A stretch of 64,000 nt of DNA, taken from a virus. Its lineage: Duplodnaviria > Caudoviricetes. The stretch lies in the IMG/VR virus record IMGVR_UViG_3300035498_000698, positions 7,863 through 71,862 of that record; one strand, given 5' to 3'. The first letter of the stretch is position 1, and every line of letters starts with the position of its first letter. Both the position numbers and the translations under genes were made by a program. Below the pieces are notes generated by a model. The model was not told where the DNA came from. It made no database searches and saw nothing but the letters and a program-made list of their open reading frames with translations. Shown here one piece after another: positions 1 through 9,023 of the stretch.

Positions 1-72
1 TATTTAATAATAACTTTTTCATTTTTTAAAATCACCAAATTTATAAAGGGAAGTAAAAACTTCCCTTATAGA

Positions 73-1023
73 TTAGAAGTTAAAAGTTCCTTTAGATGCG
101 GTAATGGCGCCTGTAGAAGGAAAGGCAGATGGAGTTGTAGCTGCTTTACTAGCACGATAGTCATCTGCTCTTTTCTTTACATCTGCAAGATATACTTCTC
201 TATCCTTCATTGCCTTAGTTAATTCCTCAGCAGTTAGCACTCCCTCTTCACCAAACTCATAAGGCATTTTTGCGGTCCCTGTAATAACCCATTCTTTAGT
301 TTTTCTTTCTACCATTCTTACTGCGGCTTCACCAAATGCAGAATCTTCAGTAATAGCAGTCTTTGTTGTAGTAGAAATAATTTTACCCCATACCTTTGTA
401 TATACTGGATTTGCATTAGTTACATCAAGGTCTTCAAAATATTTCATTCCGCTAGGATTTCTTACAACAAATTCAACTGGAAGAATAGCATTTCTAAAGT
501 TAAATACTGCACCTCTTACAGAAACATAAGGCTCATCAATATGTTTTGTCTCATCTACCTCTACTTTTGCTACAGAGGTAATTACCATATCTGTTGAGAA
601 GGTATTTCTTTCAGAAAGATCTGGAAGCTCATTAATTAATGTAACAAACCCACCTTCGTTTCTTTTCTGGGAAACCATTGTAGTTCCATCCTGAGAAGGA
701 AAATCATTTAATGCTAATGAAGTATCTGCTTTAACTTTTGTTGCTACATCCTTACCATCAGCAATCCAAGTTTTACCGTCATCAATAATCTTCTTTAATG
801 CCGCATAAGTAGAATTTTTTCCACCCGCTTTTGTTGTTTCAGTTACATATGTATAGTGTACAGTAAGAACATTCATACCTTCTTCATCTGTTGCAATATC
901 AAGAGAACCTGCAATAAATTCTTTTCCAAAGTTTGGGGAACTCTGATTCTGTACAGTTTTAATTGCTAAATCATGCTGATAAACTCTTCCAACGATACAT
1001 TCAGTATTAATATTTTTTCTCAT
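73..1023 (-). CDS. putative single-stranded DNA-binding protein (beta-rich, possible tandem OB fold)
   Basis: 316-aa ORF with SD and its own consensus promoter (1076-1104), located among replication genes; product is an inference. Confidence 0.45.
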   Translation of the reverse strand: MRKNINTECIVGRVYQHDLAIKTVQNQSSPNFGKEFIAGSLDIATDEEGMNVLTVHYTYVTETTKAGGKNSTYAALKKIIDDGKTWIADGKDVATKVKADTSLALNDFPSQDGTTMVSQKRNEGGFVTLINELPDLSERNTFSTDMVITSVAKVEVDETKHIDEPYVSVRGAVFNFRNAILPVEFVVRNPSGMKYFEDLDVTNANPVYTKVWGKIISTTTKTAITEDSAFGEAAVRMVERKTKEWVITGTAKMPYEFGEEGVLTAEELTKAMKDREVYLADVKKRADDYRASKAATTPSAFPSTGAITASKGTFNF

Positions 1024-1075
1024 TTAATCTTTTCTCCTTAATTTATATATCTTTTCTTCAAATTTCTATATTAAT

Positions 1076-1104
1076 ATTATATCAAATTTTTTTAATTTTG
1101 TCAA
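1076..1104 (-). promoter_or_regulatory. sigmaA-type promoter TTGACA-N17-TATAAT with extended -10 TG
   Basis: Perfect consensus, 17-nt spacer, upstream of the 73..1023 ORF. Confidence 0.85.
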
Positions 1105-1225
1105 ATATTACTTTATTATAAAATCATAGGCTTTCAGATACATCTTTTCCTAACCTTCTGAGTGATAGTACTTGCGCGGTGGTTCTCTTACTCACAGCCA
1201 TTGCTACTTCTATGATTTTTATTCT

Positions 1226-1597
1226 TTAAATATCTTTTTTAATTCCTAAATCTGTAATTGCATATGTTACAGGATCAGAACCAATTTTTTCAACAAAACC
1301 TTCAGAAATTAATTTTCTCATAGAACCCGACACCGAACGCCCGCTCATAAATAATCCTTCGCCAATTTCTTTAGCTTTAAAGATATTATTATATTTTTTG
1401 CGATTCTCATGCATATAATTAAGAATCTTAGCGCCATTTTCAGTAAGTTCTACTTTTTCTTTTGTCTTATTATTTTTAAATTCTTCAAAATATTCTAATG
1501 CAATTTTAATATTATCATCATCATTAAAAATACTAAGATCATTAACATAATCAATTAAATTTTCTACAAATTTAATAAATTCTTCTCTCTTACTCAT
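1226..1597 (-). CDS. winged-HTH DNA-binding protein
   Basis: C-terminal AKEIGEGLFMSGRSVSGSMRKLISEGFVEK pattern typical of wHTH. Confidence 0.65.
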   Translation of the reverse strand: MSKREEFIKFVENLIDYVNDLSIFNDDDNIKIALEYFEEFKNNKTKEKVELTENGAKILNYMHENRKKYNNIFKAKEIGEGLFMSGRSVSGSMRKLISEGFVEKIGSDPVTYAITDLGIKKDI

Positions 1598-1644
1598 TAC
1601 TATTTTATCCTTCTTTAATATATTTTTTTAATTCTTATAAATAT

Positions 1645-1673
1645 ATTATAACAAATTTTAAATAGTAAATCAA
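1645..1673 (-). promoter_or_regulatory. promoter TTGATT-N17-TATAAT
   Basis: Consensus boxes, 17-nt spacer. Confidence 0.8.
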
Positions 1674-1676
1674 ATA

Positions 1677-2522
1677 TTAATCATTTTTCTTGTTTATAAA
1701 AATAAGTTCATTAGCATATGGAAGCTGTTTAGCCCAATCTATAAAACTTTTCCACTCTGTAAGTTTATGTCCTGAACGCTGATTACATATTGATAAAAGA
1801 TTTTCATAATTCATTGTTACAGTTCTTGTTTGTAGCCAAGATTCTGGTAACCAACGAATTAATTCTTTCCAATATCTTTTATCTTTTGTTTCATTATATC
1901 TTTGACGAAGAGTTTCGCAAACATTAACGATATCTTCTACGCAATCATTAATAGTTGAATCAATATTATAAGGCTCATTATCAAATACAATTAAATCTTC
2001 ATTAAAATCATCAGTTTCAAAACAATCAAGAGTAATTGGAGTTGAAGCTAATTTATGCATAGTTGAAGTAGAATTGGTTGTTACTCCTATTTGATATTTA
2101 TCAAACTCTTTCCACCAATAAATAGGAGCTGTAATATCAACAGATACAAATATTTGACGCATAAATTTACGATGCTCAGGACCTGCTTTAATTAATCTTT
2201 GAGCTAAATTCATATCATTTGGACCTATAAAAGCGACTTCCATAAAATCCTCTAAGCCTCTGTTTAATATTCCATTTTTAATTAACCATTGATCGTATTC
2301 ATCTTCTAAATTAATTCTTTCGTCTTCATAATCGTCTAAATTATCTTCATAATATTCAGGTTTTTCTTTCTTTACCCAATTAGCAGCTATCTCATAATCA
2401 ATATCAGACCATTCATTAATTATTCCAAAAAAACTATCGCTTCTATCCCAACTTTCTTTAGGGTTGCGCATACCTCTTAAACTATTTTCAAAATTCATCA
2501 CTTGCGTATTAGAAAAATCCAT
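1677..2522 (-). CDS. thyX: FAD-dependent thymidylate synthase (ThyX-like)
   Basis: EHRKFMRQIFVSVDITAP..WWKEFDKY..NSTSTMHKL and WLQTRT..NYENL motifs of phage/clostridial ThyX-like proteins. Confidence 0.75.
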   Translation of the reverse strand: MDFSNTQVMNFENSLRGMRNPKESWDRSDSFFGIINEWSDIDYEIAANWVKKEKPEYYEDNLDDYEDERINLEDEYDQWLIKNGILNRGLEDFMEVAFIGPNDMNLAQRLIKAGPEHRKFMRQIFVSVDITAPIYWWKEFDKYQIGVTTNSTSTMHKLASTPITLDCFETDDFNEDLIVFDNEPYNIDSTINDCVEDIVNVCETLRQRYNETKDKRYWKELIRWLPESWLQTRTVTMNYENLLSICNQRSGHKLTEWKSFIDWAKQLPYANELIFINKKND

Positions 2523-2531
2523 TTTATTCTC

Positions 2532-3461
2532 CTATTTATTTCCTTTTGTACTATTAAAACCAAATTTATCACTTTGATATAATTCTATCCAAAATTTTTC
2601 TTTTTCATTTAACTGATTTCTTGAACACTCTTCCATTAGTTCAAAACTAAATGACCAAACACCATGTTCTTGCATTGATTTATAAAGCTTATTAGTTGCG
2701 GAAGCTTCAATTCCAAGGCCACATTTGACGTGGTCTTTCCATCTTTGAGCTACATCAACGCTTTGACCAATATAACATTGTTGAGTTTTTAAATTTGTAA
2801 TTTTATAAATACCACAAATTATTTTAGTTCCTAAAATACGATTGCACATTTCAGTAGTTTGCTTCTGAAAATATTGTGTCCATATTAACTTACTAAGAAT
2901 AACAGGTTGATTTAAAGTTAATTTAATCGTATTTAATTTAATAACATCTTCTAATTCAAGAGGTGTTAAAGAAAGTTTGTAGAATTGAAGATTTTCTTCT
3001 TTTTCTCGTTCGCGGAGTTGCGCTTGAACGCCCGCACTGAGAGTATTTTTTAACGTTTCTAATTCATCCTTATATTTTTTTTCTTGCGTATTTAAAAAAT
3101 TAACTTTTGCTGAATATTCTTTTTCAACTTTCTCATATCTTTTTTCTAACGTATATACATATTGTTCACTTGCATAATTAAGATTATCTTTATAAATTTT
3201 TATTTCTTCAGAAATTCTATTTTTTTCATTTTCATATAAAGTATTAATTCTTTCTTTTTCTTTTGTTATATCTTCTAATAATTTTATTCTCTGCAAGGAA
3301 AGATTATTAATATCTTCTTGTTTTTGTTTTAAAAGTTTTTCAGCTGCGGTGATCTCTTTTAATTTATTATTTTGAATTATAGAAGCTGTTTTATATTTCT
3401 TTAAACCTATGTATAAAATAATTATACTTATAATAGTTAAAATAATACTTAAATAAAACAT
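2532..3461 (-). CDS. membrane-anchored coiled-coil protein with C-terminal GIY-YIG nuclease domain
   Basis: N-terminal hydrophobic helix, long coiled coil, CGIYKITN..CYIGQSVD..RW..H and GFN motifs. Confidence 0.75.
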   Translation of the reverse strand: MFYLSIILTIISIIILYIGLKKYKTASIIQNNKLKEITAAEKLLKQKQEDINNLSLQRIKLLEDITKEKERINTLYENEKNRISEEIKIYKDNLNYASEQYVYTLEKRYEKVEKEYSAKVNFLNTQEKKYKDELETLKNTLSAGVQAQLREREKEENLQFYKLSLTPLELEDVIKLNTIKLTLNQPVILSKLIWTQYFQKQTTEMCNRILGTKIICGIYKITNLKTQQCYIGQSVDVAQRWKDHVKCGLGIEASATNKLYKSMQEHGVWSFSFELMEECSRNQLNEKEKFWIELYQSDKFGFNSTKGNK

Positions 3462-3521
3462 ATAATATCCTTATAAAAAAATAGGGTGAAACTAAGTTTC
3501 ACCCAAAATTTATTTAATTAA

Positions 3522-3806
3522 TTACTCAGCTTTCTCGTCTGGGGCATCTGGATCAAATGCATCACCAGCTGCGGTCATCTTAATAAATTTTACAGCTTTA
3601 TGAGATACATTACCCTCATCATCAGTAACTTGAATCTCTGCAGCAACTCGCTCCATAAGACCTTTTCTCTGAAAAGCGGAAGTAACGATACCATTTACGC
3701 TTCGTACTGGAAGATCAGTTGCTTCTGCAATATCAGCTGCGGTAATATTTGCTCCTTTAACACTTTTTACATAATCATAAACTTTTCTCGAATTTTCTTT
3801 TAGCAT
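3522..3806 (-). CDS. HTH DNA-binding protein
   Basis: ITAADIAEATDLPVRSVNGIV HTH; start moved to 3806 (SD AGGAG). Confidence 0.6.
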   Translation of the reverse strand: MLKENSRKVYDYVKSVKGANITAADIAEATDLPVRSVNGIVTSAFQRKGLMERVAAEIQVTDDEGNVSHKAVKFIKMTAAGDAFDPDAPDEKAE

Positions 3807-3894
3807 TTCTAAAAAATCTCCTTTATTAAACAATTATATTTTTATTTTTTTATTGAAAATGATATTATTTATATATCATTTATTTTACATAAAT

Positions 3895-3923
3895 ATTATA
3901 CCAAAAATTTTTTATTTTGTCAA
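3895..3923 (-). promoter_or_regulatory. promoter TTGACA-N17-TATAAT
   Basis: Perfect consensus. Confidence 0.8.
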
Positions 3924-4103
3924 TAATTTTTTACTCATTATATAATCATCAACTGCTAACATATCTTCTATATTTAAAGATAGCATTATTTTTTCAATTT
4001 TCTCTTGGCATTCTTGAACATTTTCGCCCATTTGTATCTGTTTTTCTAAATCTACAATTTTTTGGGCTAATATTTTTATATATTTATTTCTTTTATCTTT
4101 CAT
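3912..4103 (-). CDS. hypothetical protein
   Basis: 63-aa ORF directly downstream of promoter 4110-4138. Confidence 0.55.
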   Translation of the reverse strand: MKDKRNKYIKILAQKIVDLEKQIQMGENVQECQEKIEKIMLSLNIEDMLAVDDYIMSKKLLTK

Positions 4104-4143
4104 ATATATATTATATCATAAAAATTTTTAAAAGTCAACTTTT

Positions 4144-6144
4144 TTAAATTAATAATTCTTTAAGTTCAGTTTCATTGATAATAGGGATTCCAAGCTTTTT
4201 TGCATTTTGATGCTTAACGGTATTAGAATCTTTATCATTACAAACTAAATAATTTGTTTTAGCACTGATAGAGCCTGTAACTTTACAACCTTTAGATTCT
4301 GCAAAAGCAATTAAATCATCTCTCTTTTTCCATACTTGACCCAATTTCCCAGTCACACATAATGTAAAATCTTTTGAATTGTTTAAATCAACTATAAGAA
4401 TTTTTTCTGACTCAATAAAATTAAGCATTTCCGCAATTTTATCCGCTTCAGTGTAATCAAAGCTATTTAAAGATTTTTCCATTTCCAAACCAAAACCATC
4501 TAAATCTGACCATTTTCCGCCAATAGCATCTTTAAAATCATTCCAAGTTGGATAATATTTAACGATTTCTTTTGCAACTGTTAAACCAATAAGCGGGATA
4601 CCAAGAGCAGAAATAAAATTCTCTAATTTACATTTTTTACTTTCTTCTATTGCATTAAGAATTTTATCTACAGATTTTTCACCAAAACCTGCAAGTTTTA
4701 TCCATTCTAAACGATGCCCTTTTAATGAATAAATATCTATAATATTATTAAGCCAACCTAAATCTATTAATTTTCCTAAAGTAGCATGACTTAAACCTCT
4801 TATATCTAAACCTTTCTTTCTATCGCAATAGTGGTCTAACTGTTGAGATAGTTTACCTTGACATAATGAATTGTCGCAATAAATATTTTTAGTCCCGGTT
4901 TCACTTGTTTTAATAATTACATCTCCACCACATATTGGGCATTTTTCTGGTAAACAAATTAATTTGGCAGCCTGTCCTGCCCTTTCATCTTTATACCAAA
5001 GATAATCTCCCATACCATAATATCCATTTACCTCTTCATATTTTTCTGCGGAAATAATTTGTGGAATTATTTGATTAGATTTTACTACTTTAATCTTTTG
5101 TAAATAAAATGGAATATGCAGTAAATCTCCCATGACACTGAGGTTATGAAGACTAGCTCTTGATACATTAGTGCCATCAATTTCAATAGGTTTAAATATT
5201 GCGACGGGAGTAAGAATACCTAATCTTGATACATCATAATCTATATCCAAAAGTTTTGTCTCATATTCTTCATCATAAAATTTAAAGGCATACGCAGCGT
5301 TGCTATGGTGAGCTGTAGAACCTAAAGATTCTCCAAATTCTATATCATCAAATCTTCCAACCAATCCATCTATTGGATAACCTAATCTTTTAGCTTGCTC
5401 TTGCAAAAACTCTTTAGCATCCCAATTAAAAGAAGAAGTCCATGGAGTAATCGTAAAACCTAATTCTTCTGCTTCTTGTAATCTTTGCATAAAAGAATTA
5501 TCATTATCAAAACCTTTAACAATATTCCATACTACAAATGTAAGATTGCGATTTTCGCACTCTTTAGAATCCAGTAATCTAATGCTTCCCGCAGCAAAAT
5601 TACGAGGATTTTTATACTCATCTTTCCACTGTTCAAAATCTTGATAAGTACAAATAATTTCTCCATCAAGAATTAATTCATCTTTATAATCAATTCTTTT
5701 TGGAATGGATTTTAATACTTTTGCATTATGCAAAATATCTTCACCTATTTCTCCATCTCCGCGGGTTTCCGCACTTACTAAATATCCATCAATGTATCTT
5801 AAAGAACAAGTTAATCCATCTAATTTTATAGTTCCAATTATATCTTTTGAACTGTCTTTATTTATAAAATAATTTAAAAATTCATTCCAATCTTTAGTTT
5901 TATTAAGAGAAAGCATAGGATGGTTGTGTTTTACTTTTTTAAGTTCATTAACTATTTCATAATTAATTTTTTGAGTAGGAGAATTTCTAAAATAAAAATC
6001 ACATTCTTTTTCTAATCTAGCTAATTCAAAATACATATCATCCCATTCAGCATCAGAAATATATGGATGCCCTTCATCATAGGCTTCTGTTGCTTTATTA
6101 AGTTCTATAGTTAATTCTTTGATTCTATTTAGTTTTTCTTTCAT
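4144..6144 (-). CDS. ligA: NAD-dependent DNA ligase
   Basis: KLDG adenylation site, TRGDG..GED, RNFAAGS, CPICG zinc motif, HhH repeats, C-terminal BRCT; start set at 6144 by SD. Confidence 0.95.
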   Translation of the reverse strand: MKEKLNRIKELTIELNKATEAYDEGHPYISDAEWDDMYFELARLEKECDFYFRNSPTQKINYEIVNELKKVKHNHPMLSLNKTKDWNEFLNYFINKDSSKDIIGTIKLDGLTCSLRYIDGYLVSAETRGDGEIGEDILHNAKVLKSIPKRIDYKDELILDGEIICTYQDFEQWKDEYKNPRNFAAGSIRLLDSKECENRNLTFVVWNIVKGFDNDNSFMQRLQEAEELGFTITPWTSSFNWDAKEFLQEQAKRLGYPIDGLVGRFDDIEFGESLGSTAHHSNAAYAFKFYDEEYETKLLDIDYDVSRLGILTPVAIFKPIEIDGTNVSRASLHNLSVMGDLLHIPFYLQKIKVVKSNQIIPQIISAEKYEEVNGYYGMGDYLWYKDERAGQAAKLICLPEKCPICGGDVIIKTSETGTKNIYCDNSLCQGKLSQQLDHYCDRKKGLDIRGLSHATLGKLIDLGWLNNIIDIYSLKGHRLEWIKLAGFGEKSVDKILNAIEESKKCKLENFISALGIPLIGLTVAKEIVKYYPTWNDFKDAIGGKWSDLDGFGLEMEKSLNSFDYTEADKIAEMLNFIESEKILIVDLNNSKDFTLCVTGKLGQVWKKRDDLIAFAESKGCKVTGSISAKTNYLVCNDKDSNTVKHQNAKKLGIPIINETELKELLI

Positions 6145-6226
6145 GAATATCTCCATTTTTAATTTTAAAACTTCTTTATATAAATATTATAACATAATTT
6201 TTTATAAAAATAAAATAAGGGAGAGA

Positions 6227-6412
6227 TTAACTCTCCCCTTTATTTTCATATTCAATACATCTTGCTATACAGGATCTTGTTGCAGCTTTTGGAGATCTAC
6301 AATAATCTCCTTTTATTTGAGTTCCATTGTCATAATACATAATTGTATAATATAATTTTCCATAAACTGGATCTTCAAGTTGATAATGTTGTAATTCTTT
6401 TTTATTCTTCAT
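6227..6412 (-). CDS. hypothetical protein
   Basis: 61-aa ORF followed by hairpin terminator. Confidence 0.55.
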   Translation of the reverse strand: MKNKKELQHYQLEDPVYGKLYYTIMYYDNGTQIKGDYCRSPKAATRSCIARCIEYENKGES

Positions 6413-6569
6413 TATTTATAATATACCCTAATTTTGAGAATCCTTCCTCTAATGATTTAATATAATTTATCACATCGCCAAGAGCATCTTGATATGGATT
6501 ATAAGAATCAAATTCTATAAGAAAATTTATCTGTTCGCTTACTTTTTCAGGTCGTTTAAAAATATTCAT
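6402..6569 (-). CDS. small hypothetical protein (55 aa, not in ORF track)
   Basis: MNIFKRPEKVSEQ...; ATG overlaps gyrA TGA (ATGA coupling) and fills the gap. Confidence 0.5.
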   Translation of the reverse strand: MNIFKRPEKVSEQINFLIEFDSYNPYQDALGDVINYIKSLEEGFSKLGYIINNEE

Positions 6570-8905
6570 AATTTTACTACTGAATTAACAGTTCCTTTCA
6601 GCATAATATTTCCAATACTAACTCTACTTAATAGTGGGATATCTTTAGATGAAATGCATATAGATCCAGGTTTTCCAACTAATAAAATATTATCATTATC
6701 ATCTATCATTTCCGCTCCAATTATATTACCTGTAATATTTGAAGGTTTGTATGCGGAAACCCCCTTTCCACCACGAAGCTGGAATGGAAATTCTTCTAAG
6801 TTACATTTTTTAGCATATCCATTTGAAGTAAAAATAGCTACTAAATCAGTATTTTTATGAATAGGTAGTCCTACAACTACTTCATCATCATCTGTAAGTT
6901 TAATACTCTTAACCCCCGCCGTTATACGCCCAATAGGTGCAATATCCACAGTTGGAAAATGAATAGCCATACCATTCCGCGTAATAATGACAACTTCCTC
7001 ATCATTCAAGAAGGTCACATTAGCTAAAGAGTCTCCATCTTTAATATTAATTGCCGCAATTCCTGTGCTTCTTTTTACTTTTGTATACTCTTCTAATTTA
7101 GTCTTTTTAATTAAACCTTTCTTAGTAAAGAATACTACATATTCAGCCTCACTCTGTCGATGTAATGAAGTAATAGCAATAACTTTTTCATCTGCTTCCA
7201 TATTAATTAAAGTATTAACTCTAATTCCTTTTGAAATATTTGTACCAATAGGAATATTATCTACTAATAATCTATACATTTTTCCTTTTGATGTAAATAA
7301 CATAAGATTATCAATAGTGTTTGTTGAGATAGTCCCTAAGATTGCATCATCTTCTGTTTTAACCCCTTTGCCATTTTTCCTTTGTACCTTAAAAGATTTT
7401 GCGGGAATCCGCTTAATGTCACCAGATTGAGACATAATTACAACTACATCTTCTGGAATAACTTCTGCAATTTCTTTTTCCTCTTTTGGTATTTCAATTT
7501 GAGCTAATTCAGTTCGTCTTGTATCTCCATATTTTTTTACGAGTGATTGAAGTCTTTCTCTTAAAATAGTTTCTTTTCTTGATTTACTAGATATAATATC
7601 TTTTAAATCTTTTACTTTTGTTTCAAGCTCTTCTTTTTCTTTATTTAATTCAATTTTTTCCAATCTAGCTAAACTACTTAATCTCATTGCAAGAATTGCT
7701 TTTGCTTGATTTTCTGTAAATTGATATTTAGAGATTAATGCTTCTTTTGCGGCAGTCGCGCTTTCAGACTTTTTAATTAAAACAATAATATTATCAATAT
7801 CTTCAAGAGCTTTAATCAAACCATTAACAATCTCTAATCTATCTGTTGCTTTTTCTAAATCAAAAGTAGCCTCTCTTTGAATACAATCAATATTATGTTC
7901 AATATAAATTTTAATACAATCAATTAAGTTTAATTCGGTTGGCGTTTTATCAATTAAGGCAACTTGATTATAAGAAATAGAAGTTTGTAAATTAGTCTTA
8001 TTATAAAGTTTCATTACAATAGAATCTGGATTTACACTTTTTTCACACTCTATAACAATCCTAATTCCTTTTTTATTACTCTCATCGCGGATTTCAGAGA
8101 TTCCTTCAATTTCTTTTTCATCACAAGCTTTACCGATCTCTGTCAACAATCCTTCTATTGTTGTTCCATAGGGAATTTCATAGAATACAATATTTTGTTT
8201 CTCAAGTTTATACTTACCACGCACTTTAACGCTACCATGACCAGTTTTCATAATGCTAGGGATATCATTTTTATTAATGATGATACCACCAGTTGGAAAA
8301 TCTGGACCAGGTAAAATTACTTCTTTATCATCCATATAATCATAAATAGCTTGAGCGACTTCATTTAAATTATGCGGAAGCCAATTACATGCCATTGCAA
8401 CTCCAATGCCTGTATTTGGATTACAAAGAAGATTAGGAAAAATTGCAGGTAATGTTACTGGTTCTTCAAGAGTTTCATCAAAATTAACTGTAAAATTAAC
8501 ATTTTTCTTTTTTATACCAGCTAACATACCATCTTCTGCAAGTTTAGATAATCTTGCTTCAGTATAACGCATCGCCGCAGCTCCATCCCCCGCGATATTT
8601 CCATTGCTTCCATGCCAATCAATAAGTGGATATCTCATTACCCAATTTTGAGATAAACGAGTCATAGCTCCATAAATACTAGAATCACCATGCGGATGAT
8701 ATTTACCCATTACATCACCAACAATTCTAGCCGCCTTAACATGCGGTTTTGAAAATAATCTTCCCTCTTCAAAAGCAGACCATAAAATTCTTTTCGCAAC
8801 AGGTTTTAATCCTGATTTTGCATCTGGAATTGCACGATCAGTATTAACTGCAACTGCATATTCAATAAAATTAGTGCCTAATTCATGTTTTACATCATTT
8901 TGCAT
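6566..8905 (-). CDS. gyrA: type IIA topoisomerase subunit A (gyrase A-like)
   Basis: RAIPDAKSGLKPV, YHPHGDS, AAMRYTEARL catalytic Tyr, beta-pinwheel repeats; start at MQND. Confidence 0.95.
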   Translation of the reverse strand: MQNDVKHELGTNFIEYAVAVNTDRAIPDAKSGLKPVAKRILWSAFEEGRLFSKPHVKAARIVGDVMGKYHPHGDSSIYGAMTRLSQNWVMRYPLIDWHGSNGNIAGDGAAAMRYTEARLSKLAEDGMLAGIKKKNVNFTVNFDETLEEPVTLPAIFPNLLCNPNTGIGVAMACNWLPHNLNEVAQAIYDYMDDKEVILPGPDFPTGGIIINKNDIPSIMKTGHGSVKVRGKYKLEKQNIVFYEIPYGTTIEGLLTEIGKACDEKEIEGISEIRDESNKKGIRIVIECEKSVNPDSIVMKLYNKTNLQTSISYNQVALIDKTPTELNLIDCIKIYIEHNIDCIQREATFDLEKATDRLEIVNGLIKALEDIDNIIVLIKKSESATAAKEALISKYQFTENQAKAILAMRLSSLARLEKIELNKEKEELETKVKDLKDIISSKSRKETILRERLQSLVKKYGDTRRTELAQIEIPKEEKEIAEVIPEDVVVIMSQSGDIKRIPAKSFKVQRKNGKGVKTEDDAILGTISTNTIDNLMLFTSKGKMYRLLVDNIPIGTNISKGIRVNTLINMEADEKVIAITSLHRQSEAEYVVFFTKKGLIKKTKLEEYTKVKRSTGIAAINIKDGDSLANVTFLNDEEVVIITRNGMAIHFPTVDIAPIGRITAGVKSIKLTDDDEVVVGLPIHKNTDLVAIFTSNGYAKKCNLEEFPFQLRGGKGVSAYKPSNITGNIIGAEMIDDNDNILLVGKPGSICISSKDIPLLSRVSIGNIMLKGTVNSVVKL

Positions 8906-8944
8906 ATGAAAAACTTCCTTTAAAATCATTTTTTATATATAAAT

Positions 8945-8973
8945 ATTATAACATATTTTTTATTAAAAATCAA
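8945..8973 (-). promoter_or_regulatory. promoter TTGATT-N17-TATAAT
   Basis: Consensus boxes upstream of gyrA. Confidence 0.8.
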
Positions 8974-9023
8974 AAGAAAATAACTAAGCTACTTTATCAA
9001 ATTTTGATAAAGTAGCCATTATT

